From assembly GCF_018350175.1 (NCBI RefSeq), contig NC_058368.1:39000001-39064000 (forward strand): a DNA stretch of 64,000 nucleotides. Direction: 5' to 3'. Source of the DNA: Felis catus (lineage: Eukaryota). The position numbers and the translations under genes are program-made. The notes under the pieces were generated by a model that did no database searches, was not told the DNA's origin, and saw only the letters and a program-made list of their open reading frames with translations. Positions 1-10,288 of the stretch are shown here, one piece after another (positions within the stretch are counted from its first letter, which is position 1; every line of letters starts with the position of its first letter).

Positions 1-33
1 AAATAAATAAATAAATAAATAAATAAATAAATA
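1..33 (+). repeat. (AAAT)n tract, probably the A-rich tail of a plus-strand retroelement starting upstream of the window
   Basis: Pure AAAT repeat like the SINE tails elsewhere in the window. It is on the wrong strand to be the SET pseudogene's own poly(A). Confidence 0.6.
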
Positions 34-1650
34 GAAATTTTTAAAGCCAATTCAAGGTACAAATCAAGGATGGATACACTATACTCAGAACTGAATTTTG
101 ATGGATGTGGTATCCTAAATAATGTGGTAAGTTTTAGAAACTGATGGCAAATTTTACCCATGATGTTCTCAAGCTGAGAAGACATTAATCCATTGATTCA
201 AATCCCTTTACTGCATCCACATAGCTCTGAGGTCATCCTGCAAGTTGGGAATCAAAAACTACAGAGCTAGGGTAACAAAGTTTGACAATACGTTATACAA
301 GTCAAATTTGCAAAGACATATTAAGTATATCTGTTCTGAGAGGAAAGCATCAAATTCTTTGTGTACATTTTGGTAGTTTTATTGTAACAAAGAGCTGGTA
401 CACTTCTAATGTTTAAAACTGAGCATCATCTTTCCTATCTAGTGAAACAAAAAAAAATAAATAGGAACAAAATTACGATAGATATGTCTATTTCAAATAA
501 GATTCTACAGATTCTACTGATTTGTCAATTGGGTGGCAAGGTTCATGTCATCATTAAGAGAGAATTTGATTTCAAAATTGTCATTTTAAACTGCAAGGAT
601 GTCAAACATCATACTTTAACATGCCAAAGAAAAAAACATGTTTTAAAAGTGCCCACTTAAACCACCCAAATATCTCAAACCCACCATTTGCTGACCTTCT
701 GTGACCCCAGTTTTTAAGTTTTTTTCTCTTTCTTTCTTTCTTTCTTTCTTTTTTGTAATCAAGGGAAAGAAGACAAATACACGTTGGTAAATGATAACTG
801 TCCATTTTCACATAGAGAGGCAGTGTGATTTCTGAGCCCAATACACAGAGGAAAGAGAAAAACAGAGTTCTACACACTACTGTATAGGAGCCTCGTATCC
901 TCCAGATTCCGGCAGAAATAAGGAAGCAGAGGGATTTCTTTTTTCCCATAGAGCAGGGTGGTGTAAATGCCATAGTTTTTTAATTGAGACAGGAAGAGAT
1001 AAAAACGAATTTGGAACAGGAAGGGGTAGAGATTCTATTCCCACTGTATTCTGCTCAAGGTATACCCCACCCCTAAATAAGTAGAGAACCATGATAAAAT
1101 GGAAAGAAAGGAGACCTCAAAAATAGAGTCACAGGCACAAGAGGAAGAAGGAATGAAAGAAACAAAAACAATTGTGACTCGTTCCTCTCATCATTCATGT
1201 CAGAAACTATATTGTAATGGATTTGGCCAAGTAACTCTTTGATGACCTCTCCTAACTCATTTGCACCTGCATCAGAATGGTCAGTAAACCAGGGTAAGAA
1301 AGGTTCTGGTTCCTCATGCTGTCTCTTCCTGGCTTTATTTTGTGTTTGACATGAAAATTTTGGTCAGATCCTTTCCAGATTTCCATTTGATTTCAGCGGA
1401 CTTTGAACATGGATTACTACTCTCATTCATATGAAATTCTTTGGAGAGAACTTTATTTTGGAAGTAAGGGTTTTCATCAAAACAAAAATCTATTCTGTAA
1501 CCCGATTTAATATCTCTAAATTCTGTCACTGCTACTCTTGTATAAAAGTGCCTCCCCAAGCAGGCAGACAACATCCAACTTGTGGATGTTGACAAATGCG
1601 ATTCCCCCCAAATGTGGGATTATGGTGCTTAATTCCAGCCACTTCTGGGG

Positions 1651-1713
1651 AAAAAGAAACGAAAAGAAAGGAAAAGAAAAGAAAAGAAAGGAAAAGAAAA
1701 GAAAAGAAAAAAG
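1651..1713. repeat. (AAAAG)n microsatellite inside the SET pseudogene CDS
   Basis: Direct reading; it interrupts the region encoding QPFFQKR. Confidence 0.95.
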
Positions 1714-1860
1714 ATTGTCAGAGGTTTTTTATATTTTTGTTCTACTTTCAAAATCTCCTTACTGGCTTGTTCATTAAATCTTTTTCATTTGTATTTCATC
1801 AGTATGTTCACTTGCTTTTTACTGTTCTTTTTCTGAGGTCTTTATTCCAGTGTGGCTGGA

Positions 1861-2235
1861 GCGGAGCTCCTTTTTAGCGACCCTGATGGCGGTGCCTACC
1901 TGGTGCTGTTCTTCATGGGGGTTGAGAGAAGTGCAGCAGGGAGGGGACAAGAAGGGAAGGTGAAAGGGCGGCAGCTTCCCTGAGCCACACTGCCGCGCGT
2001 GCCACTCGGCCCCGCCTCCTCCCGGGCGCTGGTTGCGCGCGCAACCGTCCCAGCCTGCCCTGCGGCGCAGGGAGGAGCACCGCGTGCCGCTAGCCTGGTT
2101 CCTGCTTTTGGAGGTTTGGCGACAAAGTGACAGCTGGCCGGTTTGGCTCCTCCCCTCACTCCTGGCGTTCTGGCTCTCCCTGTTTTTCCTCTCCTAGGAA
2201 CCACCTCCTCCTCACGGCAGCAGCGAGAGGTCCTG
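1861..2235. promoter_or_regulatory. Small CpG-island-like segment (retrocopied SET 5'UTR); possible promoter
   Basis: About 25 CpGs counted by eye in ~375 bp, a GC-box-like CCCCGCCTCC at ~2010-2019, and palindrome GGTTGCGCGCGCAACC at 2031-2046. Activity is not shown by the sequence. Confidence 0.35.
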
Positions 2236-2686
2236 TGTTATCTTAAAGTAGGTGTTATTTCTCTTAATTTTGAAAAATTAAGTGTTTTTATCGGAGTAAG
2301 AAAACTTAACATGAGGTCTACCTCTCAACAAATTTTAAAGTGTACAGTACAGTATTGTTAACTATAGGCATAACATTGTGCAATATATTCTTGAACTTAT
2401 CTTGAATAAGTGAAACTTTATAGCCTTTGAACAGCAACTTCCCATAATCCTTCTTCCAGCCCCTAGAAACCACCATTTGTTTGTTTCAGAGTTTGGCTAT
2501 TTTAATACTTGATACAAATGGAATCATTCCTGATTTGCCTTCCTGTGACTAGCTTATTCCACTTAGCATTATGGCCCATAGGTTCATACACGTTGCTGTA
2601 AATGGTGGGATTTCTTTTTTGTGTAAGCCTGAATAATATTTTGCATGTAAATGCCACATTTTCTTTATCCATCAATTCTTCCATGG

Positions 2687-3090
2687 TATCAAAAGTTCAG
2701 AAACAGCACAAAACCAATGAATCACCAAAATGGAATTTGTTGAAGCTTATTGCGCACACACCAAAAAGATAGTTTGTGAATTGAGAGTACTCAAGCCAAA
2801 ACATGGAATAAAACTCAGGGGTATGTTGTTATAAAGCAGCTTATATAGTGAGAAGGCATTAAATGTTTATTCTTTACAGAGATTGGTTATAATATTGAAT
2901 TTCCCAAAATGATAGGTAAGTTGGTCAGTAACCTTGGGAGACAGTGTAAGTTTTGCCCATGATTTCCAGAGGCATAAATAAGAAATGACCCAGGTCAAGC
3001 TAGTTGTGCAAAGTAAGTTAAATTATACTTTGTATGACTAAATTGATTTTATCTGCTCATAGAGTTTTCAAGTTTGTTTTGATTTTAACA
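2687..3090 (-). mobile_element. Solo ERV LTR (~404 bp, ERV1-like) inserted in the L1 3' end
   Basis: Interrupts contiguous L1 sequence. Inverted termini T(A)TCAAAA...TTTTAACA, 4-bp TSD ATGG/GTGG (2683-2686 / 3091-3094), AATAAA on the minus strand. Confidence 0.7.
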
Positions 3091-3878
3091 GTGGATATTT
3101 GGGTTGTTTTCATACCTTGGCTATTGTGAATAATGCTGCAGTGACCATGGGAGTGCGGGACTTGAATTCAATTCTTTTGGATACATACCCAAAAATAGGA
3201 TTGCTAGAGCAAATGATAGTTCTATTTTTAATTTTTTTCAGGAAGCACCATACTGTTTCCCATGGTGGCTATACCGTTTTATAATCCACCAGCAACATAC
3301 ATGGTTACAAATTTCTCCACATCCTCACCAACACTTGTTATTTTTTTATTTTTGATAATAGCTGGCCTAAGAAATGTAGAATGACATCTCATTATGTTGT
3401 TGATTGCCATTTCTCTGATGACTAGTAATACTGAGCTTCTTTTTATATACTTGTTGACCATTTGCATATCTTCTGCAGAGAAATGTCTATTAAGATTCTT
3501 TGCTCATTTTTTAATCAGGACGTTTGGCTTGTTTTTGTTTTTTGGGGGGTTTTCTTCTGTTTTTTGTTTGTTTTTGCTATTGACTTGAGGTCTTCTTTGT
3601 GTTTTGAACATTAACCCCATATGAGATATATGGTTTGCAAATATTTTCTTCCATTCCATAGGTTGCCCTTTCATTGTGTTTGTGGTTTTCTTTTCTTTGT
3701 AGAAGCTTTTTGTTTTCATATAGTTTCATTTGTCTATTTTTGCTTTTAATTTCTATTCTTTTAGTGTCATATTTAAGAAATCATTGCCAACAAGACTAAT
3801 GCCATAAAGCTTTTGCTATGTTTTCTTATAGAAGTTTTATACTTACAGGTTTAATGTTTAAGTCTATAATCCATTTTA

Positions 3879-4097
3879 GGGTGCCTGGGTGGCTCAGTCA
3901 GTTGAGCATCCGACATCGGCTCAGGTCATGATCTCTTGGCTCATGAGTTCCAGCCCCACATTGGGCTCTGTGCTGACATCTCAGTGCCTGGAGCCTGCTT
4001 CGGATTCTGTAGCTCCCTCTTTCTGTGCCCCTTCCCTGCTCACTCACACTCTGCCTCTCTGTCTCTCTGTCAAAAATAAATAAACATTAAAAAAAAA
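3879..4097 (+). mobile_element. Can-SINE (felid SINEC)
   Basis: tRNA-derived head, CT-rich tract, A tail; TSD AAGTCTATAATCCATTTT / AAGTCTTTAGTCCATTTT. Confidence 0.95.
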
Positions 4098-4439
4098 GTC
4101 TTTAGTCCATTTTGAGTTGATTTTTTGTGGATGGTATAAGACACCGATTTCATTCTTTTACATATGAGTATCCAGTTCTCCGGCACCATTTGTTGAAGAG
4201 ACTTTCCTTTCTCTCTTATGCGTTCTTGACACTCTTGTCAAAGAAGAATTGACAGAATATGCCTGTCTCTGGAACAGTCCATGAACTTGGGGCATTCTCT
4301 ATTTGTTTGTGTCTTCTTTAATTTCTTTCAGCAATGTTTTATAATTTTCAATTTACAAATCTTTTACATTCATAATTATATTTACACTGAAGTATCTTTT
4401 TCTTTTCAGTGCTATTGCAGGTAGGATTTTTTCTTAATT

Positions 4440-4655
4440 AAAAAATTTTTTTAGGATTTTATTTTTTATTGTTGAGAGAGAGTGAGCGAGCGAGCAGTTG
4501 AAGGACAGAAAGAGAGGGAGACACAGAATCCAAAGCAGGCTCCAGGCTCTGAGTTGTCAGCACAGAGCCTGACGCGGGGCTTGAACCCACAACTGTGAGA
4601 TCATGACATGAGCCAAATTCAGGACGCTCAACCAACTGAGCCACTCAGGTGCCCC
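4440..4655 (-). mobile_element. Can-SINE
   Basis: Reverse-complement head ...CCACTCAGGTGCCCC, GA tract, T tail. Confidence 0.93.
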
Positions 4656-5364
4656 AGATTTTTTTTTAATTTTTAAAAATTTTCCTAATTTTCTAATTTT
4701 CAGATAGTTGGTTTTGATGTATAGAAATGTAACTGATTTTTGTATGCTGATATGGAATCCCGTAACTTTACTGAATTCATTTATTGATTCTAACCCTTTT
4801 TTTTTATTGAAGTCTTTAGGGTTTTCTATATACAAAATCATGTCATCTGCAAACAGAGGTAATTTGACTTCTTTCCAAATTAGGTATAATTTATTTATTT
4901 CTCTTGCCCAGTTGCTCTAGCTAGGATTTCCAGTACTGTGTGATACAGAATTAGTGAGAAGGGGTATCTTTGCTTTGTTCTTGATTTTAGAGAAAAAGCC
5001 TTCAAGTTTTCTACATTGAGTATGATGTTAGTTGTAGAGTTTTCATATATGGCCTTTATTATTTTGTTTTAATTTTCTTACATTCCTAGTTTGTTGAGAG
5101 ATTTTATAATAAAAGTATTGAATTTTTGTCAAATATTTTTTTTGTATCTTTTGAAACGATCATGTGATTTTTAACCTTCATTCTGTTAATTTGCATTTGC
5201 ATGTTTGTTAATTTGCATTTTTTGAAGCATCTTCACATCCCAGAGATAAATCCTATTTGGTCATGGTGTATGATCCTTACAATAGTGTCAGTGAATTCAG
5301 TATGCTAACATTTTGTTGAGGATTTTTGCATCTATGCTTATAAGGGATGTTGGATTTTGTCATC

Positions 5365-5413
5365 CTTCCTTCCTTCCTTCCTTCCTTCCTTCCTTCCTTC
5401 CTTCCTTCCTTCC
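5365..5413. repeat. (CCTT)n microsatellite
   Basis: Direct reading. Confidence 0.97.
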
Positions 5414-7763
5414 ATTGTCTTTGTCTGGATTTGCTATCAAGGTCAATCTGTCCTCACAAAACGAGTGATAATATTTACTCCTCTTCATTTTTTTGGCCAA
5501 GTTTGAGATGGATTGGCATTAAATCTTCATTGATGTGCTTAGTAGAATGCAGCAGTGAGATTTTTCTTTGTAGGGAGGTTTAACTAGTGTTTCATTCTCC
5601 TTACTCATTATTGATCTGCACATTTTTCTTTTTTATTTCTTCACAATTCAGTCTTGATAGGTTGTGTGTTTCTAGGAATTTATCCATTTCCACTAAGTTG
5701 TCCAATTTGTTGGTATACAGTTGTTCATAGCAGTTTCTTGTGATCCTTTTATATTTCTATGGCATCAGTTGTAGTGTCTCTTTTATTTCCAATATCTTTT
5801 GAGTTTTCACCCTTTTTTCCCAGTTTGGCCAAAAATTTGTCTATTTTTTAATTTATCTATTTTGTAAGCTTGATATTTTTCCATTTTTCTGTTATCTGTT
5901 TTATGTCTGTTCTGTGTAAAATTTTCTTATATTAGCTTTAGGCTAGTTTGTTATTCTTTTAGTTCTTCAGGTGTAAAGTTAGGTTGTTTATTTGAGTTTT
6001 TTTTTAATGTGGACATTTAGCACTGTAAACTTCCCTTTTAGTACTGCTTATACTGCATCCCATACATTTTGATACGTAATGTTTTCATTTGTCTCAAGAT
6101 TTTTTTCTAATTTGTCTTGTGATTCCTTGTGTGTACTGTTGGTTTTTCAAGAGTGTGTGGTTTAATTTTTACATATTTTGAATTTTCGTGTTTTCTTCTG
6201 CTGTTGATTTCTAGCTTCATTTAATGGTAGTTGGGAAAAGATTCCTGCTGTGATTTCAATCTTTGTAAATTTGTTAAGACTTTGTTTTTAACCTAACATG
6301 TGATCCGTACTGAAGAATGTTCCATGTGTGGTTGAAAGGAATGTATATGCCCCTGCCATTTGGGTAGAATGTTCTCTGAGCATATCTGTTAGGTCCATTT
6401 GACCTGTAATGTTGTTCAAGTTCTCTATCTCCTTATTGGCTTTGTATCTGGATATTCTATGCATTATTGAGGGTAGTGTCTTGAAGTGTCCTATTATTAT
6501 TGTGTGTCTGTTTCTCTTTTCATTTCTGGTAGTGTCTGCTTTATATATTTAGGCGCTCTGATGTTGGGTGCATATATATTTATAATTATAAATAAATTCA
6601 TCTTCCTGGTGAATTTACCTTTTTATCTTTATATAATGTTCTTTGTCTCTTGGGGCAGATTTTGACTTAAAATAATTTTTTTTTCTGATAGAAGTATAGC
6701 CACTGCTGCTCTCATTTGTTTGCAGTATTGATGGAATTATTTATAAGTGTTGAATTTAACATATTTCTACCCTTGGGTTTTGGAAAATGTCAAGCTAAGG
6801 CAGAAATCACAAGGAAAAAAGAACTAAGTAGATCGAGACAATGTGATAAATTAAGGATTAGAGAGATATCAATTTGAGTGGAATAGGCAAAATAATCACG
6901 ATGGAAGAGATCATAGGTAGCATACAAGAGAAGAATCCTGCTTCATAGACGAAAGGATAAAACAGCTCAATGGGGAAATGCATTAAAATTCTATTACCAT
7001 TTTGATTAAAAAGCCTATCTATTTATCTTTTCTTTGGCTATTTACCCTGACATTTAATTTAACATAAGTTTAAAAAAGTAATACCAATATGGAAACTGAC
7101 AGCTACTTTTTTGCCTGTGTTATCAGAACCCAAAAAGCTTTGTTGTGAAATATCATGTAGTACCCCCTTGGGGAATTCTGTCTTCATATGGCTTATTTAT
7201 GTTTGTGCATGCTTTGAGTTACAGATGTTCAGCACACACACATGCACTGAATAAATGCATTATCATAAAACAGCAAAACTATTCTTACTCGCAGATAGAA
7301 TTGACTGCTTGTTGTTACTGGTTTCAGATGGGTACTATGCAAACCTTTGTAATAGCCCCTTTGATAATTTAGTAAACTTACTCATTTGAATACATTCATG
7401 TACCCAAGTACTGTTAAAGTATACTATATTTTCCTGGAGGGAAAGACCTGAGTCCCATCATTGTGGTTTTCTTAGAAATGTCAGCATATTGCTAAATCAA
7501 TGAGTGCTTATTAAATGAATGAAAAGAAAGAATGAACAAAATTTTAGCTGTGACATGAAAACTTTGCCTTTTGTAATTTTCTTAAACTTTCTAATAATGC
7601 ATTATTATTTTAAGTGGGTTTTACACTGGAATAAAAATCATTTGGCCTGCATAGGAAAAACATAAAAGTACAGTCCAGAGTAGAAGGAAATTAAATGTTC
7701 ATTTCACATCTGTAACATCAGTCGTGTTGTCAGACTGTGGTAGTATTGAAGTGGGTAAAACAC

Positions 7764-7796
7764 ATCGCTTCTCGGCCTTTTGGCTAAGATCAAGTG
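7764..7796 (+). pseudogene. RNU2: 3'-truncated (tailless) U2 snRNA retropseudogene, U2 nt 1-33
   Basis: ATCGCTTCTCGGCCTTTTGGCTAAGATCAAGTG is the 5' end of vertebrate U2 snRNA. Flanked by perfect TSD AAGTGGGTAAAACA (7749-7762 / 7797-7810); no poly(A). Confidence 0.95.
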
Positions 7797-7845
7797 AAGT
7801 GGGTAAAACAACAGTTTCCTCAGGTATTCTCCAAAATATGTCCAC

Positions 7846-8060
7846 TTTTTTTTAATGTTTATTTATTTTGAGAGAGAGACAGGGGAGAGGAGCATTAATG
7901 GGGGAGGGGCAGAGAGAGAGGGAGAGAGAAAGAATCCCAAGCAGACTGTGTGCTGTCAGCACAGAGCTGGAAGCAGGGCTAGATCCCACGCACTGTGAGA
8001 TCATGACCTGAGCTGAAATCAAGAGCCGGATGCTTAACTGACTGAGCCACCCAGGCATCT
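7846..8060 (-). mobile_element. Can-SINE (older subfamily with the GAAATCAAGAG variant)
   Basis: SINE structure; TSD CAAAATATGT(C/A)CACTTT at 7832-7848 / 8061-8077. Confidence 0.95.
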
Positions 8061-8293
8061 CAAAATATGTACACTTTCTAATTTGCTTTTCTACTATCTC
8101 TTTTTCCTGTATACTAACCTAGAGCAATATATTCTTGTTGGCTGAGTTGGTATTTATAGTTTTGAATAATTTAGGAAACAAAGAGGTGGACTATATGACA
8201 TTTTAAGCTGCTTTATATCATATTTCCAAGAATGAAAAAGACAAATTATGGAAACGATAAAGAGAAAATAAAACTTTTAAAATATTTTTAGGT

Positions 8294-8879
8294 TTTCATG
8301 TAATCTTATATTTTTAGAAAAGAGAAATGAATTTTTATGTTGAAATAAAACTGCAGTACTATTACAATATTTGAAATAGACCAGATGTTTATTTGGTTGG
8401 TTTATTAAAATTTGATTACTCGTGGATATTATCACTGATAATTTGGCTTTCTATTCTATGAAAAAAAATTTAATGAACTGCAAAGTTTTCATTGAGCTTT
8501 GCAAATTGCTGGGAGTTGGATTCTCTCTAGAGACCTTGTCTTATCACAGCACATCAACTGAAAGTGTAAATATCTAATACACTGAACTGTCTACAGCTGC
8601 ACAGCCTCAGCAGTGTTAGATCCAGGGCAAATTGTTAGAGAAATGGAGGAAGAATTTAGATAACTTGAATGGGATATCGTTTGGCATTGGACACATCACT
8701 CAGTTCACTCAAATATTTTTAAAAATACATTCAACAATAAATATAAAGGGTATATAGTTTTATAATTTCATGTTAACTTATGTTTAGGAAAGAGAAATAA
8801 ATTTTATGTTGATAAAACAGCAATGCTATTATAATATTTGAAATAGACCAGACATTTGTTTTGTTGGTTTTATTAAAAT
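8294..8879 (+). repeat. Diverged ~115-bp direct duplication (8294-8411 and 8766-8879)
   Basis: Colinear similarity with an identical 20-mer AATATTTGAAATAGACCAGA at 8366-8385 and 8833-8852. Confidence 0.85.
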
Positions 8880-9082
8880 ATACAAATTTGAGGAAATTAC
8901 ACAACACACTCTTAAAAAATCAGTGTGTCCAAGAAGATATCACAAGGGAAATTAGAAAATAGAGACAAATTAAAATGAGAACACAGCATCCCAAAACTTA
9001 TGGGACACAGAAAATGCAATGTCAAAGAGGAAACTTACAGCTATAAAAGCTCACATTAAAAAAGAAGACAGGTCTTAATTTA

Positions 9083-9288
9083 AGGTGCCTGGCTGGCTCA
9101 GTCAGTTAAGCATCTGACTCTTGGTTTCGACTCAGGTCATGATCTCATGGTTCATGGGTTTGAGCCCCACATCAGGCTTTATTCTGACATTGTGGAGCCT
9201 GCTTGGGATTTTCTCTCCTTCTCTCCGCCCCTCCCTTACTTGCTCTGTCTCTCAAAATACGTAAATAAAACTTAAAAAATAAATAAAA
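9083..9288 (+). mobile_element. Can-SINE
   Basis: SINE structure; TSD AAGACAGGTCTTAA. Confidence 0.93.
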
Positions 9289-9403
9289 AGACAGGTCTTA
9301 AATCAATAAACTATCTTTGTAACTTGTGGAAGTAAAGGAAGAGGAACAAACTAAATACAAAGCTAGATAAAAAGGAGGAAATAATAAAAATTAGAGCAGA
9401 CTA

Positions 9404-9620
9404 GGGGCTCCTGGGTGGCTCAGTCGGTTAAGTGTCCGACTTCGGCTCAGGTCATGATCTCACGGTCTCTGAGTTTGAGCCCCGCGTCGGGCTCTGTGCT
9501 GACAGCTCAGAGCCTGGAGCCTGTTTCAGATTCTGTGTCTCTCTCTCTCTGACCCTCCCCCATTCATGCTCTGTCTCTCTCTGTCTCAAAAATGAATAAA
9601 TGCTAAAAAATTTTTTTAAA
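9404..9620 (+). mobile_element. Can-SINE (SINEC_Fc-like)
   Basis: SINE structure; TSD AAAATTA(G/C)AGCAGACTA. Confidence 0.95.
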
Positions 9621-10252
9621 AATTACAGCAGACTAAAATAGAGAAAATAGAGAAAATCAACAAAACCAAAACTTAGTTCTTCAAAAATATCAACAAAATT
9701 GACAGATTGTTACCTAGATTGACAAAAAAAAAAGAACACTTAAATTACTAAAATCAGAAATGAAAATGGAGACATTAGTATCTATTTTACAAAAATAAAA
9801 AAAATATATGAGATTATTTTCAAAAACGGTGCCAACAAATTGGATGACCTTGATGAAATGGAGAAATTTCGGTAAATACAAAAGCAAGAAAGGCTGAGGG
9901 CTCACACTTTATTTTAAAGTTAATACAAAGCTATGGAATCAAAGCATAGTGGTACTGAGCCCAAAATTAACTCTTGCATATGTGGCTAAATGATTTTTGA
10001 CAAGGGTACCAAGACAACTCAATGGAGAAAGGACAGTCTCTTCAACTGGAGAAAGCTGGATATCCACAGTGTAGAAGAAAAAGGCTGGATCCTTACTTAA
10101 AGTTACATACCAAAATTAACTTAAAATGGATCCCAAGCTCTTTTTGTAACACCTAAAACTATAAACGTCTTAGAAGAAAACATAGGGGAAAAGATTCACA
10201 GCATTGAATTTAGTAGTGATTTCTTGGATCTGATACCAAAGGCAAAGGCGCG

Positions 10253-10288
<36 letters not shown>

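Larger units (their letters stand above)
34..2235 (-). pseudogene. SET: Processed pseudogene of SET nuclear proto-oncogene (TAF-I beta / I2PP2A isoform): 5'UTR ~1902-2235, decayed CDS ~1178-1901, 3'UTR 34-~1177 running toward the window start
   Basis: Minus-strand translation gives SET NAP-domain peptides ([41 protein letters not shown]...[54 protein letters not shown]). The N-terminus resembles the beta isoform (KKELRSSH...TSEKEQ). No introns; frameshifts and stops; ancestral ATG reads AGG at 1899-1901, followed by TAG. Downstream sequence matches my recollection of the mammalian SET 3'UTR. Confidence 0.95.
2265..6730 (-). mobile_element. Old LINE-1 (L1MA/L1MB-like): 3'UTR plus decayed ORF2, 5'-truncated, interrupted by an LTR and two SINEs
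   Basis: ORF2-like minus-strand peptides (MILYIENPKD...LESINEFSKVTGFHISIQKSVTFLY; MKGQPMEWKKIFANHISHMGL) and a typical L1 3'UTR at 2265-2686. Confidence 0.9.

Noticed and set aside
1..33. (AAAT)n as the SET pseudogene poly(A) tail
   Set aside because: Wrong strand: a minus-strand retrocopy tail would read poly(T) here
1335..1595. 86-aa ORF with strong SET/NAP similarity as a functional gene
   Set aside because: It is a frameshift-bounded fragment of a pseudogene with a mutated start, in-frame stops and a microsatellite insertion
1896..2204. 102-aa GC-rich minus-strand ORF
   Set aside because: GTG start, composition explained by the GC-rich SET 5'UTR, and no recognisable protein
7764..7796. 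Functional U2 snRNA gene
   Set aside because: Only 33 nt; no Sm site or 3' stem-loops, and flanked by a TSD
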